From Candidatus Magasanikiibacteriota bacterium (GTDB taxonomy: Bacteria > Patescibacteriota > Patescibacteriia > Magasanikbacterales > GWA2-37-8), in NCBI GenBank assembly GCA_963802255.1, contig CAWDHY010000002.1:83984-147983 (forward strand): a stretch of DNA of 64,000 nucleotides. Direction: 5' to 3'. Numbering within the stretch: the stretch's first letter is position 1; each line of letters begins with the position of its first letter. The position numbers and the translations under genes were made by a program. The notes beneath the pieces were generated by a model, which worked only from the letters and a program-made list of their open reading frames with translations, did no database searches and had not been told where the DNA came from. Shown piece after piece: positions 17,771 through 28,387 of this stretch.

Positions 17771-19825
17771 TTATTGTAGATCAAACTCTTTAATTTTTTC
17801 CCATTTGCTTTCGTCCAGCACGGTAATATTTTCATTTCCGATCAAATACATGTAATCATCCAGGTAAATAGCCCGCTGCACCTGCGTATCACTTACCGCT
17901 TTTTTGAGTGATAACTCATCATTGTCATATCCAAACACATACCCGCCTTGTCCCCCCGGAATAAAAAATACTTTATGCTTTTCATCTAAAAGAAACGCAT
18001 GATGATTGTTAATAGCTTCGGACCAATACTCGCTTAAAATATATTTTGATGTTTCTTTCGGATTTTCCGGAGAAGTCGCGTCAAAAATCGACAATTTTAC
18101 TTTTCCATCTTCACGCCCAATACCAAGTACCTTGTGATTTCCGAGCGGGTGTAAATATGAAGAGAATCCCGGAATTTTCAGCTCTCCGCGCAGTACGGGA
18201 TTTTTAGGATTAGCTAAGTCTAAAACATAAAATGGATCTGTTTCCCGAAAGGTAACCACATATCCCCGGTCACCCAAAAAGCGCACTGAATAAATACGTT
18301 CGGTTTCGCCTAAATCTTTCACCGACCCAACGACCTTCAAATTATTGTCGAGCACATACACATCACTTACTGTTTTTCCACTGCCGCCAAATCCTCCCAT
18401 TCCCCACCAACGTTCTCCGACTGTCATAGCAACGCGCAAATTCTTTTCGTATTCATCAAGCGAAAATTGGTTAAGTGGATGGCCTGGTACAATCTCGGCA
18501 ATCGCTTTAAAATCATTCAGAGAAATTTTTACTATGCCGGTCATATCCAATTCTCTCCGATGGTTCAAATAAAACTTGTCCATCCGATTGGACATTTCAT
18601 TTTGCATTTTTAGCATATCGTCATTATCAAGCGAATTGGTATATTGTTGCAAAATGGATTGCAATTCTGTTTGTTTTGCATTCGCGCTTAAATCGTATCC
18701 TTTCACCTTGTTAAGGCGTTCCATCACCCAATCCGGCACCAAATCTTTATTTTCGGAGAAGAAATCATAAGCAACTTTTACTGAATCTATCTCTGTCTGA
18801 AAAGTCAGATAAATTGCGTTTTCAGACATATAAAAAACGGTCTGCCCGGATGAACCGACGAAAGCTGTCTTCTTCTCCACTGCTCCGGTCTTGGTATCCA
18901 TTACCAAAAAATTATAGGTAACATCAGCGCCTGAAGCGGAAGTCGGATAATAAATATCAGTACAAGCGATACTAACCTCGTCTTTGCCAACGGTCAGAGG
19001 CACTATCGGACATGGCCTTCCATAATCAACACCACTTTGCGTTGTCAGATAAATTTTATTGTTCATCAAACGGGCGCCAACCAAATTTTCACGGTCGCCC
19101 AATTTGGCAGACCATAATTCTTTCGGGCTGGTTTTATCTGTTACATCATAAGCGTAAATTTTGTTATCACCGGCGAAAACCATCAAAATATTTCCATCCA
19201 GTAAAAGATTCCCATTTTTATCAATCTTGGAATCTTCTTTCATTTCAGCGGGGGGGAATGCGGTAATTAATTTCGTCTCTCCCTGGTTATAGTATGGCGG
19301 GGCAATCATCTTTTCCGCCGAACCGGTCATCGGTGTGGCGCGTAAATATGGATAATATCCGCCAAAACGCGAAAAATATATTTCTTTGCCGTCTGTTTTG
19401 ACAATATCTGGCTCGTCAATACCGGCAACTTGCACATTTGTTTCCGAAACACGGCCTGCCGATGGGGCTGAACTGTCCATGACAGCAGATCCTTTTTCTG
19501 ATATTCCCATTGCTACAGGCTGGGCCATATCTACCGCCATTTCGCGGACGGCAACTCCGCCACCAATACCAAAACTATAATTATTTGTCTGTTGTGAATG
19601 ATCAGCCAGATATTTTTTAAACTCGTCAACAGAAACAAATTTTTTCACTTCCGCTGTTACACCGGATAAATTATCCGCCCCTGAATTTCTTCCAATTATA
19701 CTGTTTTCCAGTACAAATTTTAAGTCACCCCGGGTGGCGGCAAAAACAAGAATCCCCCCGCAAATAACAAAAATCACCGCCAAAATGGCAAAGCCGATTT
19801 TTGTTCCAACTTCTCTGTGAAACAT
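17771..19825 (-). CDS. Membrane-anchored, secreted beta-propeller domain protein
   Basis: 684 aa. N-terminal transmembrane helix, then long extracellular region. C-terminal part (ETDPFYVLDLANPKNPVLRGELKIPGFSSYLHP...) resembles the 'beta propeller domain' family of secreted archaeal/bacterial proteins. Confidence 0.5.
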   Translation of the reverse strand: MFHREVGTKIGFAILAVIFVICGGILVFAATRGDLKFVLENSIIGRNSGADNLSGVTAEVKKFVSVDEFKKYLADHSQQTNNYSFGIGGGVAVREMAVDMAQPVAMGISEKGSAVMDSSAPSAGRVSETNVQVAGIDEPDIVKTDGKEIYFSRFGGYYPYLRATPMTGSAEKMIAPPYYNQGETKLITAFPPAEMKEDSKIDKNGNLLLDGNILMVFAGDNKIYAYDVTDKTSPKELWSAKLGDRENLVGARLMNNKIYLTTQSGVDYGRPCPIVPLTVGKDEVSIACTDIYYPTSASGADVTYNFLVMDTKTGAVEKKTAFVGSSGQTVFYMSENAIYLTFQTEIDSVKVAYDFFSENKDLVPDWVMERLNKVKGYDLSANAKQTELQSILQQYTNSLDNDDMLKMQNEMSNRMDKFYLNHRRELDMTGIVKISLNDFKAIAEIVPGHPLNQFSLDEYEKNLRVAMTVGERWWGMGGFGGSGKTVSDVYVLDNNLKVVGSVKDLGETERIYSVRFLGDRGYVVTFRETDPFYVLDLANPKNPVLRGELKIPGFSSYLHPLGNHKVLGIGREDGKVKLSIFDATSPENPKETSKYILSEYWSEAINNHHAFLLDEKHKVFFIPGGQGGYVFGYDNDELSLKKAVSDTQVQRAIYLDDYMYLIGNENITVLDESKWEKIKEFDLQ

Positions 19826-19906
19826 ATGATTTAATTAATTACTTAAAATAATTTTTATGTATTAATAACGTTTTAGCAGAAAAAAAGTGACTAATAACGT
19901 TTGAAA

Positions 19907-22900
19907 CTATTGCCGGCCGGACTGACTTCCGCCTCTTAACACATCCATGGCTATTTTATACTCTGCTGTTGTTTCATCGTTTGAGCCCATCATATAAGAA
20001 TTACTCTTATACAAATGATCAACATCCGCCAGGGCGTTTGCTTCTTGCGGTGTATCTAATATACCAACGACACCTTCAATTTTGTAATGAATCTTTTCGC
20101 CGTCATACAAATACTCAACATTGTTATATGAAGTACGCACACCCGGCTCCAATGTTTCCCGTAAAGCAGTCATTCTTTCATAAAAATTTCCACCCTTTTC
20201 AAAAAATCTGTTAAAACCAATTGACTTGTGCTCGGTTTCACTTAACACATCTTCTTGTTGTGGCGCAATTTTAGACGCTCCCGCCGTTACTTCTTCTTTC
20301 GCTATTTGCGACTGGGCCCTCCTTACTATTTCTTCATATGTTTTTGGTTCATCCTGTCCCGATGCTTCAGTAGCAGACGAAACGGCCGTCGTTGTTTCGG
20401 CTACTGCAATCGGTTTATCATAACCTACCTCGTCCAAAAATTTCTTTTCAAACATTTCATCCGGGTGCGCTCCGGCTGACTGACTGGCATCACGTATTGA
20501 AGCGTGCAAACTGTTTAATATTGCCTGACGCTCATCAATATCACTTGTCTGTTTCAACGCTTCATTAAAAACACTGACTCTGACTAACTCATTCTTCATT
20601 ACCCAGTCATCTATTTTTGTACCCCAGTTGAAACCAACATTTACCTTTATTGTTCCACTATCCTCATCAATATAATCCGGTATAAAATCTTTTTTTACAA
20701 TGCCGTTGTGTGACAAATTAACATCATATTCTTCATAAAGCCGCTGAGTAGCCGGAGATACATTTAATTTGTTAGCCCACAATCCGGTATTTTCTTGATC
20801 GAAACCAATTCTTACACCATCGTAAACTACTATTTCCGGCTTTCCCCCCACCCATTCTGTCACATCAACCCGATGAATTTTACTTCCATCCGACAATTCA
20901 TACACCGGTCCGCGTTCTCTAGCCTGCATTCTATAAGCCATAGCATCATCATAATCTTCATTTCTCACCAACCTTTCATATTCCGCCTGTTCAGCGTCAG
21001 TCATAAATATCGGCTGACCGGTTTTGGCGTCAATCAGTTCCTGCACCGGGTCTACTTTGTCTCCGGTTTCGGCAACAGATTCCTCAGCCAATTCAGCCGG
21101 CGGTTTGGGAATTTCTCTGTATAATCTACCGCCCACATCAACACTACCATCTTTATGCAATACAAGAAACTGCGGACGGTCTTCATGAAATACAAAATAT
21201 TTATCAGCTAAGCCCTGCTGTTGAGCAATTACGCTTGCTTCATGGCCGGCCCAGCGTTGAATTGACTGTTGATCATTAAGGTCACCTTCGTAACCAAAGG
21301 CTTCAGGGTTAATTTTTAATTGCCTTTGAAGCACTCTCTCCAGCCCGTCTCCTTTATGAATTTGCGTTGATTCAAATATCTCTTGTGGCGAATGGCCGTT
21401 CATAATGGCCTGAGAAAATTCCGTTATTGCTTCCGGCCGTCCGTTTGCCAGAGCAAGCACATTGTCCATGGCTGATATTTCTTCCGGTGTAATTCCTCCT
21501 TCGGCCAGCTGCTGAAGAGCCATTAAACTTACACCGGCTCCTTCAAGCTGCCCAAATTTTGTGACCGCCTGATTCAACTGGTCCGGATCCATTTCCGCTG
21601 ATTCCAAATGAAATTTTTGTAAAATAGCCATTTCCGGAGAAATTCCATGTCCGCCACTTTCCGCTGACACGATATGCTCTTCCATTACAGGCGCATGAGT
21701 GGCTTCACCTCCAAAACGACTTGAAATTGTATCTATCGGGTGGGAATAAAACTGTATTGTTCTCTCGGCATTTGTAATAAAATCGTCTTTGATGGCACAA
21801 GTTATACCCTGCTGCTCAATTTTACTGATAAACGCTTGAAGTGTATCAGCCGGAGACATCGAATCTGTAAGCGCCAAGCCGTATATGCCAAATCCTCTGG
21901 CAACAGTTCCAACAGCACGCATAAAATCGATTACCCTGCCCGTACCTTTTGTTTCCTTTTTTGCGCCCATAAATACCAGACTGCGGGCAGTTTCAACAGC
22001 CGCATTAACCGTTAAATCCTTTAGTACATACCCGGCTTTTGACTCCGGTGACGTCTCTTCTTCAGAGGTTCGGCCGGATTTTTTCTTTTCAAATTCCCGT
22101 TCGGATTTGAGCATCCGCTCACCCACTGACATAGCCGCATAAACCGCTCCACGTACCATAGACATCCCGGTAGCGGTTAGAGCAGTATTTAATAAATCCT
22201 TTGCCAGTGTCATGCCGGATACCTTATTTTTCATGTAAACCTTAAGAAGCGATTCAACTTTTTTATCGCGATCCTTTTCCGCGTCTTTGGCGGACGAAGA
22301 ATATTCCGTGGCAATACGCTGTAAATTTTTTAATATCGCCGCTTTATCTTTTGCGTCAATATGGGTTGAATTATCAATTTTTTCTTTCAGAGCGCCTATT
22401 TTCTCCTCAATTTGCCCGTTAGTATCAAAAACTTCTTTCATTACTTCACCAATACTTCCCTTTTCAGCTTTCATTTCACGTGCGCTAAGGCGCATTTTAT
22501 GAATATCGCCAAAGCCAAATTCCTTTTTGAATGCTCCTGTTAAGGCACCAACCATATCAGTAGCGGTTTTTATACCGAACACCGAGGTAACCGTTTTATA
22601 TGCGACGTCAACGGCAATTTTACCGGTTTCCTTATTGGCCACAATACCAATTTTTTCTTTTGTCCTTTGCCACCACGATTTTTTTACCTCTTCTTCCGGC
22701 TCTAAAACCTGCCCGCCTTCTTTTTCTGCCGTTGTTCCGGTTCGATTTGCCTCCGTATCATTTCTCCACGGCGTTGCTTTTGGGTCAGCCATCAACCATT
22801 CATAGGCGACATTCATTTCATATAAACGGTATTCAAATATGTCAAGCGACTCCTGAATAAAATGTCCGGGAGTTTTCTGATTAACCATTTTTTTCTTTTC

Positions 22901-24418
22901 CGCTTTTATTACGGCCGGACTAATTATTTTTTCGGCGACGATTTTCTTCTCCTGAGCAAATTTAGCCTTAATTTTTTTTAAATCTTTGGAAAACTCTTCA
23001 AAAAATCGTGGATACTTTTCCTTTACCGATTCTATTTTTTTCTGATAACCAGCAATTATCGTTTCCACCCTTTGCACATATGCTTCCATTTGCGTTTCAT
23101 ACGATTCTTCAACATTGTCCGGTTCATTAATTATTTTTTCTTTCTTACTTCCCTCGCTTTCTCCCCCCGCTTCCCCATTCCCGCTTTCTTCCCCCGATTC
23201 CCCATTCCCGCTTTCTCCTTTATTATCATCAGACACTGCTGCCACCGGCTTCTCTGATTCTTTCTCAGGATTCCATTCTTCAAATTCTTTAACTGTGACG
23301 GTTTTAACCAAAAAGTGATCACGGACTGGATCGACAATTTTTCGCACAATAATATCAAGGCCATCCGGAGTGCGCTCTACAATTTCCCAACCATCTTCCA
23401 TCTCACCTGAAGATCGTTTTATTTTTATATATTGCTTTTTATCATTCTCCGGGGTCTTAGAAGGTTCATTAACAGCCGACTCTTCAATAGCATTAGCCTG
23501 AGAAATTAACGGTTTGTTGATTTCTTTTTGTTCAGCTTTCTTTTTTCTTTTCTCTTTTTTATTAATTATTTCTTTATCCTCTTTTTTTACGACTTCTTCT
23601 TTAATCTCCGGAGAGGATTCAATTTTTAGCGCTTCTCCTTCGAGTGCAAACAGATGTTCTAACTTTTTTAACTTTTCATATCGCGGACCCCACTTCATTT
23701 TATGAGCTGATGATTTATCCTTAAACAATTCGGCAAAACTTAAATGCTGTCTGAGTTTAGTCAAAACATTATTTATTGCCAACTGTTCTCTCTCTTCACT
23801 AAATAATTTTTCACCGCTTAAGATTCTTGATAGTACGCCCTTCTCGGCGTCATCACCGGCCTCCGGTCTGTCAGAGAGCAGCTCTTGCGTATAATAATCA
23901 TAGATTGTCTGAAGGTCCTGCCTAGAAATTTCATTTTCAGGTTTCTTCTTTTCTTTCTTTATACTTTCGTCTAATAACGATTTTTCATTTAATACACTGT
24001 CAATTTCTTCTTTTAATTGACTAAACCTTTCTCTAACATTGCTCATTTTTTGCTTCCATTCGTCAATTCTCGTTTGAAAATGCTGGATTTCGATATTGCC
24101 AGACTCATCTTCAGCGTGTGCACCTACTGACTGAATTTCTTTTAATAACCTATCTAAAACTTCTTGCTGTTCCTTGAGACCGCTTATCCGATTTTCTTCA
24201 ATTACCCTCTGATATTGATCAATCTGTTTTTCCAGTTCATCGGCTGTAGCATAAGCTTCCCGCGACAATGAGCGCGCTTCCTGCCTCTTCTGGCCGCTTT
24301 CGCTTGTATCCAGATCTAATAACGCGTTTTCAATACTCGCTTGAACGTCAGAATCACCGGGCGCATTACCACCCTCTGCATCAGAAAATTTATTGACTCT
24401 TCCGCGTTTGTGCGCCAT
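19907..24418 (-). CDS. Giant orphan protein (about 1503 aa), coiled-coil and low-complexity rich, no signal peptide
   Basis: Continuous ORF. Probable start at MAHKRGRV (24418). Long Lys/Glu coiled-coil stretches and a GESGNGESGEESGNGEAGGESEGS low-complexity segment. No recognisable catalytic motif. Confidence 0.6.
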   Translation of the reverse strand: MAHKRGRVNKFSDAEGGNAPGDSDVQASIENALLDLDTSESGQKRQEARSLSREAYATADELEKQIDQYQRVIEENRISGLKEQQEVLDRLLKEIQSVGAHAEDESGNIEIQHFQTRIDEWKQKMSNVRERFSQLKEEIDSVLNEKSLLDESIKKEKKKPENEISRQDLQTIYDYYTQELLSDRPEAGDDAEKGVLSRILSGEKLFSEEREQLAINNVLTKLRQHLSFAELFKDKSSAHKMKWGPRYEKLKKLEHLFALEGEALKIESSPEIKEEVVKKEDKEIINKKEKRKKKAEQKEINKPLISQANAIEESAVNEPSKTPENDKKQYIKIKRSSGEMEDGWEIVERTPDGLDIIVRKIVDPVRDHFLVKTVTVKEFEEWNPEKESEKPVAAVSDDNKGESGNGESGEESGNGEAGGESEGSKKEKIINEPDNVEESYETQMEAYVQRVETIIAGYQKKIESVKEKYPRFFEEFSKDLKKIKAKFAQEKKIVAEKIISPAVIKAEKKKMVNQKTPGHFIQESLDIFEYRLYEMNVAYEWLMADPKATPWRNDTEANRTGTTAEKEGGQVLEPEEEVKKSWWQRTKEKIGIVANKETGKIAVDVAYKTVTSVFGIKTATDMVGALTGAFKKEFGFGDIHKMRLSAREMKAEKGSIGEVMKEVFDTNGQIEEKIGALKEKIDNSTHIDAKDKAAILKNLQRIATEYSSSAKDAEKDRDKKVESLLKVYMKNKVSGMTLAKDLLNTALTATGMSMVRGAVYAAMSVGERMLKSEREFEKKKSGRTSEEETSPESKAGYVLKDLTVNAAVETARSLVFMGAKKETKGTGRVIDFMRAVGTVARGFGIYGLALTDSMSPADTLQAFISKIEQQGITCAIKDDFITNAERTIQFYSHPIDTISSRFGGEATHAPVMEEHIVSAESGGHGISPEMAILQKFHLESAEMDPDQLNQAVTKFGQLEGAGVSLMALQQLAEGGITPEEISAMDNVLALANGRPEAITEFSQAIMNGHSPQEIFESTQIHKGDGLERVLQRQLKINPEAFGYEGDLNDQQSIQRWAGHEASVIAQQQGLADKYFVFHEDRPQFLVLHKDGSVDVGGRLYREIPKPPAELAEESVAETGDKVDPVQELIDAKTGQPIFMTDAEQAEYERLVRNEDYDDAMAYRMQARERGPVYELSDGSKIHRVDVTEWVGGKPEIVVYDGVRIGFDQENTGLWANKLNVSPATQRLYEEYDVNLSHNGIVKKDFIPDYIDEDSGTIKVNVGFNWGTKIDDWVMKNELVRVSVFNEALKQTSDIDERQAILNSLHASIRDASQSAGAHPDEMFEKKFLDEVGYDKPIAVAETTTAVSSATEASGQDEPKTYEEIVRRAQSQIAKEEVTAGASKIAPQQEDVLSETEHKSIGFNRFFEKGGNFYERMTALRETLEPGVRTSYNNVEYLYDGEKIHYKIEGVVGILDTPQEANALADVDHLYKSNSYMMGSNDETTAEYKIAMDVLRGGSQSGRQ

Positions 24419-24425
24419 ATTAAAA

Positions 24426-24608
24426 TTAATTAATTTTTTCAATTATTTTTGAAATATTCCGCAATTTTGTCTCATCTAAAAAACGAGTTATATCTCGGCG
24501 GATATCCCCTCCTTCATGTGCGAGCGCCAACAACTCACCATCCACTTCATTGATTAAATAGCGCAATCGTTCTAAACGCTCCCGGTATTTTGTATTTTTT
24601 TCCTCCAT
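24426..24608 (-). CDS. Hypothetical 60-aa protein
   Basis: Tightly packed ORF between the giant gene and the 110-aa ORF. Confidence 0.3.
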   Translation of the reverse strand: MEEKNTKYRERLERLRYLINEVDGELLALAHEGGDIRRDITRFLDETKLRNISKIIEKIN

Positions 24609-24615
24609 AAATTAT

Positions 24616-24948
24616 TTATTCCGGGCTACTGACTCTTTTGTCTAAATCTTCTAAATCATTGAGTGCTTTTTTTTGTATATCTGCCATATCGGCGCTGTAT
24701 TTTTCCGCCACATCCGTCAACCCCTGCTGAAGCGCATTGTCCGCTTGCCTTCCGGAATGTGCAAGATAATTTGTTTCCATTGCTGAAAGTAACACACCAA
24801 GCTGACTGGTGCTCATCTCCGGCAATAATTTAAGAATTTGTTCCTTTTCTTCATCAGGTAAATTTAGAGCGGCGATAAGAAATCCGATTCTTTTTCCCTT
24901 TTCAACAGCCGCTTTCTGGTCATTGTTTAATTTAATTTCTTGAACCAT
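24616..24948 (-). CDS. Hypothetical 110-aa protein
   Basis: ORF packed between the cyclase gene and the 60-aa ORF. Confidence 0.35.
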   Translation of the reverse strand: MVQEIKLNNDQKAAVEKGKRIGFLIAALNLPDEEKEQILKLLPEMSTSQLGVLLSAMETNYLAHSGRQADNALQQGLTDVAEKYSADMADIQKKALNDLEDLDKRVSSPE

Positions 24949-24982
24949 ATATTAATTTCTTTTAAAAAACAATTCCTGATAA

Positions 24983-26737
24983 TTAAAAATCAATAGTAAA
25001 TATATTTATTGGCTCTGCCCGCCCTTTTACCTGCGCACTACCAAGCGACCGCCAGTTATAATCACCCGTCGCCCTGTTTTTAACAATTTCACCGACGATA
25101 ATTTTTGTTTTATATTCTTTATTTAGTCCTTCAAGGCGAGAGGCTACATTAACCGTATCACCCATAACCGTATAATTTAATCTCAATTCGGAACCCATAT
25201 TGCCTACCACCGCCGGACCGGTATATAGTCCGATGCCAATATTGATAGGATCTTTGCCTTCTTTGGCAAATTCAGCATTCAATTCTTCCAGTTTTTTGAG
25301 CATGGTCACAGATGCCTGCAGGGCATGGTCTACCTGGTCGGGGTCGTCGATTGGCGCTCCCCAAAAAGCCATTATCGCATCACCGATATATTTATCCAAT
25401 ACGCCCTTGTGCTCCAAAACTTGCTCAGTCATGGCAGTGAAATAACGGTTTAAAATCTGCACCAATTTAACCGGGGGTGTCTTTTCCGACAATGTGGTGA
25501 AACTTCGGATATCGGAAAAGAAAACCGTAATCTCTTTTTCTTCTCCGCCCAGTCTCACCTTTGACGGGTCATCAACAATCTTTTTCACAACCTCCTTGGA
25601 AACATAGCGGGAAAAAATATCTTTTAATTGATGTTTTTCTTTTTCTCCGACAAAATAGCGATAGCCGAATAACGCAATAACTGAAAAGACCCAGGCTAAG
25701 GTCAGATGAATAATGTTTGCGGCCAAACCATTTTGGAATAAATAAATTACTATAAAAATTTGAGCGATGCCGATAAAAAAACTGGCCACTACCGCCCAGC
25801 GCAGACGACGAAAAAAACCGAAAAATAAAGCGGGTAAAAACGCCGCAAAAATTATCCATAAAGCATTATATGCTTTTGGCATCGGTGCAATGCGATATCC
25901 CTTGAGAATCATATTCGCAATATTTGCCTGCAATTCTACCCCGGGCATGTCATTTTCGCGACCAAAAGGGACAATTCTATTATCATGCAGGTCGGGCGCA
26001 GTCACCCCGAGAAAAACAATTTTATCTTTAACCAAATCTCCGGCTCCCTCTTCCATTAAACGCCAAAAAGGAATCATCCGTACTGACCCGGCGGGTGCGG
26101 CGAAAACAATTTTATTCACCAAATTTAACGTTGCCGCCTGCGGAATATCGGACCCGCTTTGTGCGACGGTTTCATACGCAATTGATTTATATATTTTTCC
26201 GCTTTGCCGACCGCGCACTTCCAGGGGAAATTTTCTGGCCACGCCATCTTTATCCACTATTATATTTACCTGTCCAAGCGATACACGCGGCGCGTTTAAA
26301 AGAACCCCAAGTGGTTCAATAAAAAAATCAGCCATCGGCAAATCTTCTTTTGAAAGAAAAAGATTATTTGCTTCCACTGAAAGAACCACCGGAAAATCTA
26401 TTTTTTCCAACTGGTCGCCGAGCAGAGCATCATCTTTTTCTCCATATCGCGACGGTTCTGCAAATAAAATATCAAAACCCATGGCGCGCGGAGGTGATTC
26501 GTTGATTTTTTGTAATGCTTCGGCAAAAACACTGCGTGGCCATGGCCATTGACCAATTTTCTGAAGCGACTCATTGTCTATGGCAATAATAACGAGACGG
26601 CTATCAATTTGCTTGTTCGAAAACAACAGATCTTCAAAAAAGTTTTCTGGCCCCGAAAAAATGCCGCGCCAAAAAAACCAGGCAAATAAAACCCCGACAA
26701 TTAAGCCAATCGGCGCGTAAAAATATTTCACTCTCAT
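24983..26737 (-). CDS. CHASE2-domain sensor with class III adenylate/guanylate cyclase
   Basis: N-terminal transmembrane helix, periplasmic CHASE2-like region, transmembrane segments, then cyclase domain: ITVFFSDIRSFTTLSEK...KYIGDAIMAFWGAP...GIGLYTGPAVVGNMGS...YTVMGDTVNVASRLE. Confidence 0.85.
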   Translation of the reverse strand: MRVKYFYAPIGLIVGVLFAWFFWRGIFSGPENFFEDLLFSNKQIDSRLVIIAIDNESLQKIGQWPWPRSVFAEALQKINESPPRAMGFDILFAEPSRYGEKDDALLGDQLEKIDFPVVLSVEANNLFLSKEDLPMADFFIEPLGVLLNAPRVSLGQVNIIVDKDGVARKFPLEVRGRQSGKIYKSIAYETVAQSGSDIPQAATLNLVNKIVFAAPAGSVRMIPFWRLMEEGAGDLVKDKIVFLGVTAPDLHDNRIVPFGRENDMPGVELQANIANMILKGYRIAPMPKAYNALWIIFAAFLPALFFGFFRRLRWAVVASFFIGIAQIFIVIYLFQNGLAANIIHLTLAWVFSVIALFGYRYFVGEKEKHQLKDIFSRYVSKEVVKKIVDDPSKVRLGGEEKEITVFFSDIRSFTTLSEKTPPVKLVQILNRYFTAMTEQVLEHKGVLDKYIGDAIMAFWGAPIDDPDQVDHALQASVTMLKKLEELNAEFAKEGKDPINIGIGLYTGPAVVGNMGSELRLNYTVMGDTVNVASRLEGLNKEYKTKIIVGEIVKNRATGDYNWRSLGSAQVKGRAEPINIFTIDF

Positions 26738-26739
26738 AA

Positions 26740-27900
26740 TTACCTCAGTAAAATAATTGGCAATGTAAGCGTGGTGGTGACCGACTGAATGACCGGAGCA
26801 GCTGCGCCAACAATTGGCGACAGAGTGGCGCCTGACACATCGGGTGAGGTAGTTTCAGTGTCAATTAGCGCTGCCGCTTCATCATCTAATAACGGGGATG
26901 ATGTTTGAATATCAGTAGGCGCTGTAGGTCCTGGCTCTACCAGCGGCGAACTGGTATTTGACTGTGTAATATTATTTAAAGAAGGATTAATCACACGCGG
27001 CAACATTCCTGATTGGCGCAATTTAAGCAATAACAACCGACGACGCTCTATCAGATCCAGCCGTATAATTCTTTTTATTTCAATATTTTCAACTCCTTTT
27101 TCGCGTAGCGCTTCAATTTTCCTATTCAACAGTTGATCAGCCGCCATTGCCCTTTTAACCCAGAGACGCAACGTGATATCATCTCCGGCGGCATCACGAA
27201 CTATTCCCTCCAGCATCACGCGGCGTAATCGCAAATCTGCCAATGTCTGTTTTTTTATAGATAATATTTTTTTAGCGGTAACCGGCGCACGCCCGAGTGA
27301 TTCACCGGTTGATTCATCTAACGCTTCAACTTCGACTGTATTTTCAGAACCGATTATTTGAGTTTCTTCATCGTTGTATTCCATACCAAAAGCCGTGCCT
27401 CGAACAGAAGCGACCGCGTTGTTCGTTTTAACTTCCCAATATGATTCTGGTGTAGCAAGTTCAATTATCTTTGACCAAACACGACCGGCAGCAAGCTGAA
27501 TTTTTACTTTCAAAGAATCGCTATCTTCAATGTAATCAGCCTGCTCAAATGTAATTTCAGAATCTGAATCAAGCTGAACCGAAGAACCATCCGGCATGTG
27601 GATATCCGCCAAACCTGTTGAGTCCGTTGAGATAACACTTCCATTAGAAATTTCATCGCCGGTCTGCAATTCTTGCCAGCCGTCTTCAGCTTTTATCCTG
27701 ACCTTTCCGTTTATTACTTCTATCCAGGGACGAGCAGTCGATTCATCGGTGAATATATCAACATTTTCTTCATTGTTCTGTGACAAAGACTGCTCTCCAT
27801 TAGCAATTTTTTCAGCCGGCTTCCTATATTGATCGGCCAGATAGAGAAACCCGAAAACCACAGCTGCCACGACAATAATCCCGTATATATATTTTGACAT
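26740..27900 (-). CDS. FecR-domain protein, membrane anchored
   Basis: N-terminal transmembrane helix. FecR-like region containing VRGTAFGMEY. Sits immediately upstream of the CHASE2 cyclase, a recurrent pairing. Confidence 0.65.
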   Translation of the reverse strand: MSKYIYGIIVVAAVVFGFLYLADQYRKPAEKIANGEQSLSQNNEENVDIFTDESTARPWIEVINGKVRIKAEDGWQELQTGDEISNGSVISTDSTGLADIHMPDGSSVQLDSDSEITFEQADYIEDSDSLKVKIQLAAGRVWSKIIELATPESYWEVKTNNAVASVRGTAFGMEYNDEETQIIGSENTVEVEALDESTGESLGRAPVTAKKILSIKKQTLADLRLRRVMLEGIVRDAAGDDITLRLWVKRAMAADQLLNRKIEALREKGVENIEIKRIIRLDLIERRRLLLLKLRQSGMLPRVINPSLNNITQSNTSSPLVEPGPTAPTDIQTSSPLLDDEAAALIDTETTSPDVSGATLSPIVGAAAPVIQSVTTTLTLPIILLR

Positions 27901-27993
27901 ATAATCTTATTTATTAATGCTTACATTATACCAGAAATGGCATTTTTTTCAAGCTATGTATCCGTACAAAAAATACTTAAAATATATAAATAA

Positions 27994-28022
27994 TTGACGA
28001 ATAATAACAATTATGATATAAA
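27994..28022 (+). promoter_or_regulatory. Candidate promoter for the acidic-protein gene
   Basis: TTGACG, 17-nt spacer, TATAAA. Confidence 0.4.
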
Positions 28023-28054
28023 CATTTTTACACGCATTTTTCAAAGTTACAAAT

Positions 28055-28068
28055 GCGCCAAATGGCGC
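28055..28068. promoter_or_regulatory. Perfect 14-bp palindrome GCGCCA-AA-TGGCGC between the promoter and the RBS (candidate operator)
   Basis: Read directly from the sequence. Lies about 20 nt upstream of the AGGGGG RBS. Confidence 0.35.
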
Positions 28069-28090
28069 CAACACAATTAGGGGGTATCCG

Positions 28091-28309
28091 ATGAAAAGAA
28101 AAAGACAGAGTAATGAACCGGAAAATGTCACCAACTTGTTTGATGACATGAGTGAGGAAGAAGGCAGAGAAGACGACGAGCACGATGGAAGGGACCCAGA
28201 GTACCAAGACGATTGCGAAGTCAATCTCGAGGACGAAATTCCAGATGCCAACTGGGACGAATGGGGAGAGGAAGACCCGTCGGCATATGACGACGGACCC
28301 CTCTATTGA
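28091..28309 (+). CDS. Hypothetical extremely acidic 72-aa protein
   Basis: AGGGGG RBS. Product MKRKRQSNEPENVTNLFDDMSEEEGREDDEHDGRDPEYQDDCEVNLEDEIPDANWDEWGEEDPSAYDDGPLY, roughly 40% Asp/Glu. Local GC about 52%. Confidence 0.5.
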   Translation: MKRKRQSNEPENVTNLFDDMSEEEGREDDEHDGRDPEYQDDCEVNLEDEIPDANWDEWGEEDPSAYDDGPLY

Positions 28310-28387
28310 GGGTAAAGCTCCGGTATCTCTCATCCTCGTATACACTTTTTCGGTCAAAACCGATTCACAAAATAATCCGCTCTTTAT

